DNA from: Eledone cirrhosa
Lineage: Eukaryota
Length of the DNA: 41,924 nucleotides
Assembly (NCBI GenBank): GCA_964016885.1
Contig: CAXHJY010001622.1
Location: 1-41,924 of the forward strand
Direction: 5' to 3'
Positions 37,758 to 41,924 of the stretch are shown here, piece by piece. Both the position numbers and the translations under genes were made by a program. The notes below the pieces were generated by a model. The model was given only the letters and a program-made list of their open reading frames with translations. It made no database searches and was not told the DNA's origin. Position 1 is the first letter of the stretch; each line of letters begins with the position of its first letter.

Positions 37758-38799
37758 ACAGGGGCTGTAACACCCCACTTGCCGACTTTGTAATGGGTAA
37801 CCCCTGCTTGCAAAGGTAGACGTAAGATCTTCTTTTATAGCTTTTTATCGCTTCCTCTATATTTCCTTCTTCCCCACATCCCTTCCTAGTCCTTCCACCC
37901 CAGTCCTCTTTCTTTGTCGTCGTCCTTTTCACTTTCTCGCCCACCCGAGGCAGCCCCTCGGTCCTTTGTAGCCTCAGTACCCCCACCCCTTTCCCCTATT
38001 CTGAATTAATTTTCTGTATCAAATTTTTCATATACTTCGTACGAGCATTTATGTAGTTTGCACTAGAATTTTTGTATCGTAGCGGCACCATTAGAGATAG
38101 TATTAGTATTCTTTTTCGGGATTCTGATTTATTATTTCGTATTAGTTTATTTTTTGCACTGGGTGGTTGCTGGCCTTGTGCCTAGGGTAGAAACAATTAT
38201 TTCGTATTGGTTTCGGGACTCTGAATTATTATTTCGTGGTAATTTCTTTAGTATTTTGGCCCCCCACTTGTTGACCCGTCACCGTAAGATATACTCGGTT
38301 GATTTCTACTACCTCTTAAAAGGGTCTCATTATAATTCCGCCCCACCTAGTAAACTTCTCTATAGTCTAGCAGTACCAGTGAGAGACTTGATGCCTGTCG
38401 TTGGGGAATAGTAACCAGTAATTTTTTTATTTTTTTATAAATATTTAATTTTAACATTCTCGGTATTTTTACCCCATATTGTTTTACTTTTTGTTTCGAA
38501 TTCCTCCCCCTCCCCCTCCCTACTATACTTCCTTGACCTCCTGCCTTGCTGTAGTTGGCACTATCAACGCACGACTGGGTTTCCTCCACCCCCTCTCCCT
38601 CTTTCTTCTACTGGCAGGTTCAGCTACCCCTTCCTTCCACAAATTGCCATGATAGAATTATGTGTCTCAACAACAGACTTTTGACCAATCCTTGTGACAA
38701 TCACTTTTCGGCTATTCATATACCAGGATAAAAATGTTCATTTAGTCTAAAATTAGCCGTCGAAACGGCTTGAGCTCAGCCGTCGGGGTCCTAGTCGTT

Positions 38800-38850
<51 letters not shown>

Positions 38851-38857
<7 letters not shown>

Positions 38858-39395
38858 TTGGTGCTCTGAAACAGCGATATATATATGAATGTATATATAG
38901 TGTATTTTGCAATACACTGTATGCTTAATTAAAAGCATTTTGAAGACCTTAGGCTATTGTTTTAAAGTAGTGACTATGTCACTTACTTCTTTTTTCAGCA
39001 AACAAAGGGAGATAAGCTGACAGATCTCTGTTTCGTACTGTTGGTATTCCGCAGAGCTTAGCTCTCCCTTTGCCTGCTGAAAATTATCAATGTTGGATTC
39101 TTATAGAATTCCAGTAATAATCAGGAACTGATTATACAGAGCGGTTGCCGGTCCAGCAAAAATTGAAAATTAGAATTGGTGCTCTGAAATAGCTATATAT
39201 ATATGAATGTATATATAGTGTATTTTGCAATACACTGTATGCTTAATTAAAAGCATTTTGAAGACCTTACGCTATTGTTTTAAAGTAGTGACTGTGTCAC
39301 TTACTTCTTTTTTCAACAATAGCGTAAGGTCTTCAAAATGCTTTTAATTAAGCATACAGTGTATTGCAGAATACACTTATATATACATTCATATA
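38851..39395 (-). mobile_element. HHR-containing 318-bp unit + partial second unit + inverted arm; relative of 8906-9540
   Basis: Units start at 38851 and 39169; inverted arm ~39315-39395; shares GCTCTGAAA.AGC, CATTTTGAAGACCT and AGAGCGGTTGCCGGTCC with the 8906 family. Confidence 0.85.
39003..39072 (-). ncRNA. Type I hammerhead with extended stem I, core CUGCGGA
   Basis: CAAAGGGAGA GC UAAGCU CUGCGGA AUACCAACAGUAC GAAA CAG AGAU CUG UC / AGCUUA UCUCCCUUUG. Confidence 0.82.
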
Positions 39396-39787
39396 TATAT
39401 ATATATATAGATAAATCTACCAAGAGTTTACGGTAGTGTCCAATCCGTATGAAGAACTCAATGTAATCCGGATATCATGGAAAGAAGAGATGCATTCAAA
39501 AATCACTTTCGGTGAAAGATAAACGGAATACAGAGTTAAGATAAAGTATTAAAAAAATAATGAATAAAACAATGAAACAGTTCCTTATATTAAACAAAAA
39601 AAGTTCATTATTTAACGATCGTTTCTAGGACATATATGTGTTAGAATTGGTATGCATATTCAACAGATCTATGTACAAAATTATACAAAATTATACAAAT
39701 TATCAAATATAATATACATACCAACACATACATATGCCGTCTTCAGAAATAATATATATATATATATATATAATATATATATATATA

Positions 39788-39839
<52 letters not shown>

Positions 39840-39974
39840 ATTATATATATATATATAATAATAAATAATAATACCAGGTTAACGGAAATGGCATAAGGTT
39901 TACTTGCTAGTGCCGGTTGCATCTCAGCGTACTCAATAGGTTAGGTTATTGATAAATCCCAGAGTAGACACAAA

Positions 39975-40026
<52 letters not shown>

Positions 40027-40131
40027 TTACAAATATATATAAATGCATATATATGTTTGTGTGTATGTATATTTACATACACATATATTACATAAATCTC
40101 TCCTTCCATCTTTACGCCATCTCTCACGCAC

Positions 40132-40196
<65 letters not shown>

Positions 40197-40719
40197 GTAT
40201 ATATATGCACAGAAGATTTGGATATTTCACTTTTTATTTCAATTCCATTTCGATTCTATTTATTTTTTTATTCCACATACCACCATTGCGAAACGGATTT
40301 AGGTTTCGAGGTTCAAATTCGTCTACAGAACAGGTTTGGATTTTGAAATTTAAATCTGTCCAGTAATCATGGCAGTTGCCAATATAAGATTGTCTTTATT
40401 GACTTATATCGAGACAGACAAATTGTATTCACTTTAATTAGTTTATTTCATTAATAGCTGACTGTCTGTTGCAATGCAAACACGTTTTGTGTTTATCATA
40501 TATTTTAATGGATATATATATACATATAGGATGGTGAGCGGGTCTTATGTATAGCTACTTAGGATTTCAAAAACCATTGTTTAGAATTTTTCAGCGATCT
40601 GTTATCTAAAGTAAAGGAAAGCCAACATCGTGTCGTAATACACACATTAAGTACACCGGATCTTGTGGGCTTACCATTTACATATTGATATGGAATATCA
40701 TATATAAACATTTATAAGC

Positions 40720-40781
<62 letters not shown>

Positions 40782-40800
40782 TTATATATATATATATATA

Positions 40801-40986
40801 GGAACAAGTAAGACCCCGACGGCTGAGCTCAAGCCGTTTCGACGGCTAATTCTGGAATTAGCCGTCGAAACGGCTTGAGCTCAGCCGTCGGGGTCTTACT
40901 TGTTCCTATTACCCACTCTACTACCCCTAAGTATTGAGTACTTTGGTGCGTTATGGTCCACTTGGTTCCTTACCACATTTCCTTCG

Positions 40987-40988
<2 letters not shown>
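40801..40988 (+). mobile_element. PLE terminal fragment (family X), fold-back
   Basis: Centre ~40855. Confidence 0.9.
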
Positions 40989-41038
<50 letters not shown>

Positions 41039-41077
41039 GTATATATATGTATATGTGTGTGTATGTATGTGTGTGTG

Positions 41078-41155
<78 letters not shown>

Positions 41156-41173
41156 GTATATATGTATATATGT

Positions 41174-41366
41174 ATCATCATCATCATCATCATTTTACGT
41201 CCGCTTTTCCCTGCTTGCAAGGGTGGGACGGGTCTTATTCAGCACAGCATCATCTCCACTCGTCACGGTCCTTCGTCATCTCCACCGTGAGCTTCAATGA
41301 TCTGAGGTCTGTTCTCACCACCTCCGCCCATGTTTTTCATGGTCTACCTCTACCACGTCTTCCTTC

Positions 41367-41369
<3 letters not shown>
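41174..41369 (-). mobile_element. 3' end of another RTE LINE family with (GAT)n tail
   Basis: [38 protein letters not shown]. Confidence 0.82.
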
Positions 41370-41403
<34 letters not shown>

Positions 41404-41404
<1 letters not shown>

Positions 41405-41594
41405 GTTATTCCGGGTTGAATCGGAGGTAACCACAGTAAGTAAGGTACTCAATACATTGCAGAGTATAAAAGTTTTAATATAGATGAGATTCTACAGGAC
41501 TAGAACTGTTTCATTCTTAGAAATCATCAGGAATCTGATGATTTCTAAAGAATGAAACAGTTCTAGTCCTGTAGAATCTCATCTATATTAAAAC
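41404..41594 (-). mobile_element. Fold-back HHR element in (TA)n
   Basis: Minus arm 41404-41535, plus arm 41535-41594. Confidence 0.85.
41488..41535 (-). ncRNA. Type I hammerhead ribozyme
   Basis: GAUUC CUGAUGA UUUCUAAGAAU GAAA CAG UUCUAGUC CUG UA / GAAUC. Confidence 0.8.
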
Positions 41595-41684
41595 TATATA
41601 TATATATATATATGCATGTATATATATATATATATGTATGCATGTATATATATATATATATGTATGCATGTATATATATATATA

Positions 41685-41759
<75 letters not shown>

Positions 41760-41924
41760 TTAGTCATATTTTAGTCTTTTTATGTGTTGCAGAGGTTTGG
41801 TTTACACTGTAACAATACCTTTGTGGTGTTTATGACCGACCTATAAATCAATCAATGTTCAGCTATCAATCAAACACTACGAATCAATAGATATACATAT
41901 ACGTATATATATATATATATATAT

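Larger units (their letters stand above)
35865..38802 (+). mobile_element. 5'-truncated Penelope-like element (Naiad-type) with an inverted upstream terminal arm, in (TA)n
   Basis: ~35944-36565 is an inverted copy of ~38224-38802, with extra tail at 35865-35943; RT and GIY-YIG coding region in between. Confidence 0.92.

Overview
Repeat-dominated eukaryotic DNA with no confidently identifiable host gene. The SINE types and the extreme (TA)n load suggest an octopod cephalopod (inference). Main contents: (1) an intact RTE-clade LINE ORF (APE + RT + three C2H2 fingers, 703-4248) and a short bipartite non-autonomous derivative; (2) a 5'-truncated Penelope-like element of Naiad type (RT + GIY-YIG, one nonsense codon) with inverted terminal arms; (3) a dense set of small elements sitting in (TA)n tracts that carry type I hammerhead ribozyme (HHR) motifs. 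Many of these are fold-back insertions, some are ~310-327 bp tandem retrozyme-like units, several break at the predicted self-cleavage site, and several dissimilar tails share a TYGAGTRC box near the 3' end; (4) tRNA-derived SINEs including a six-copy array, hAT and Tc1/mariner MITEs, decayed RTE and R4/Dong LINE remnants, and mini/microsatellites. Most ORFs in the supplied track are microsatellite artefacts. All folds and alignments were read by eye; coordinates of decayed elements are approximate.
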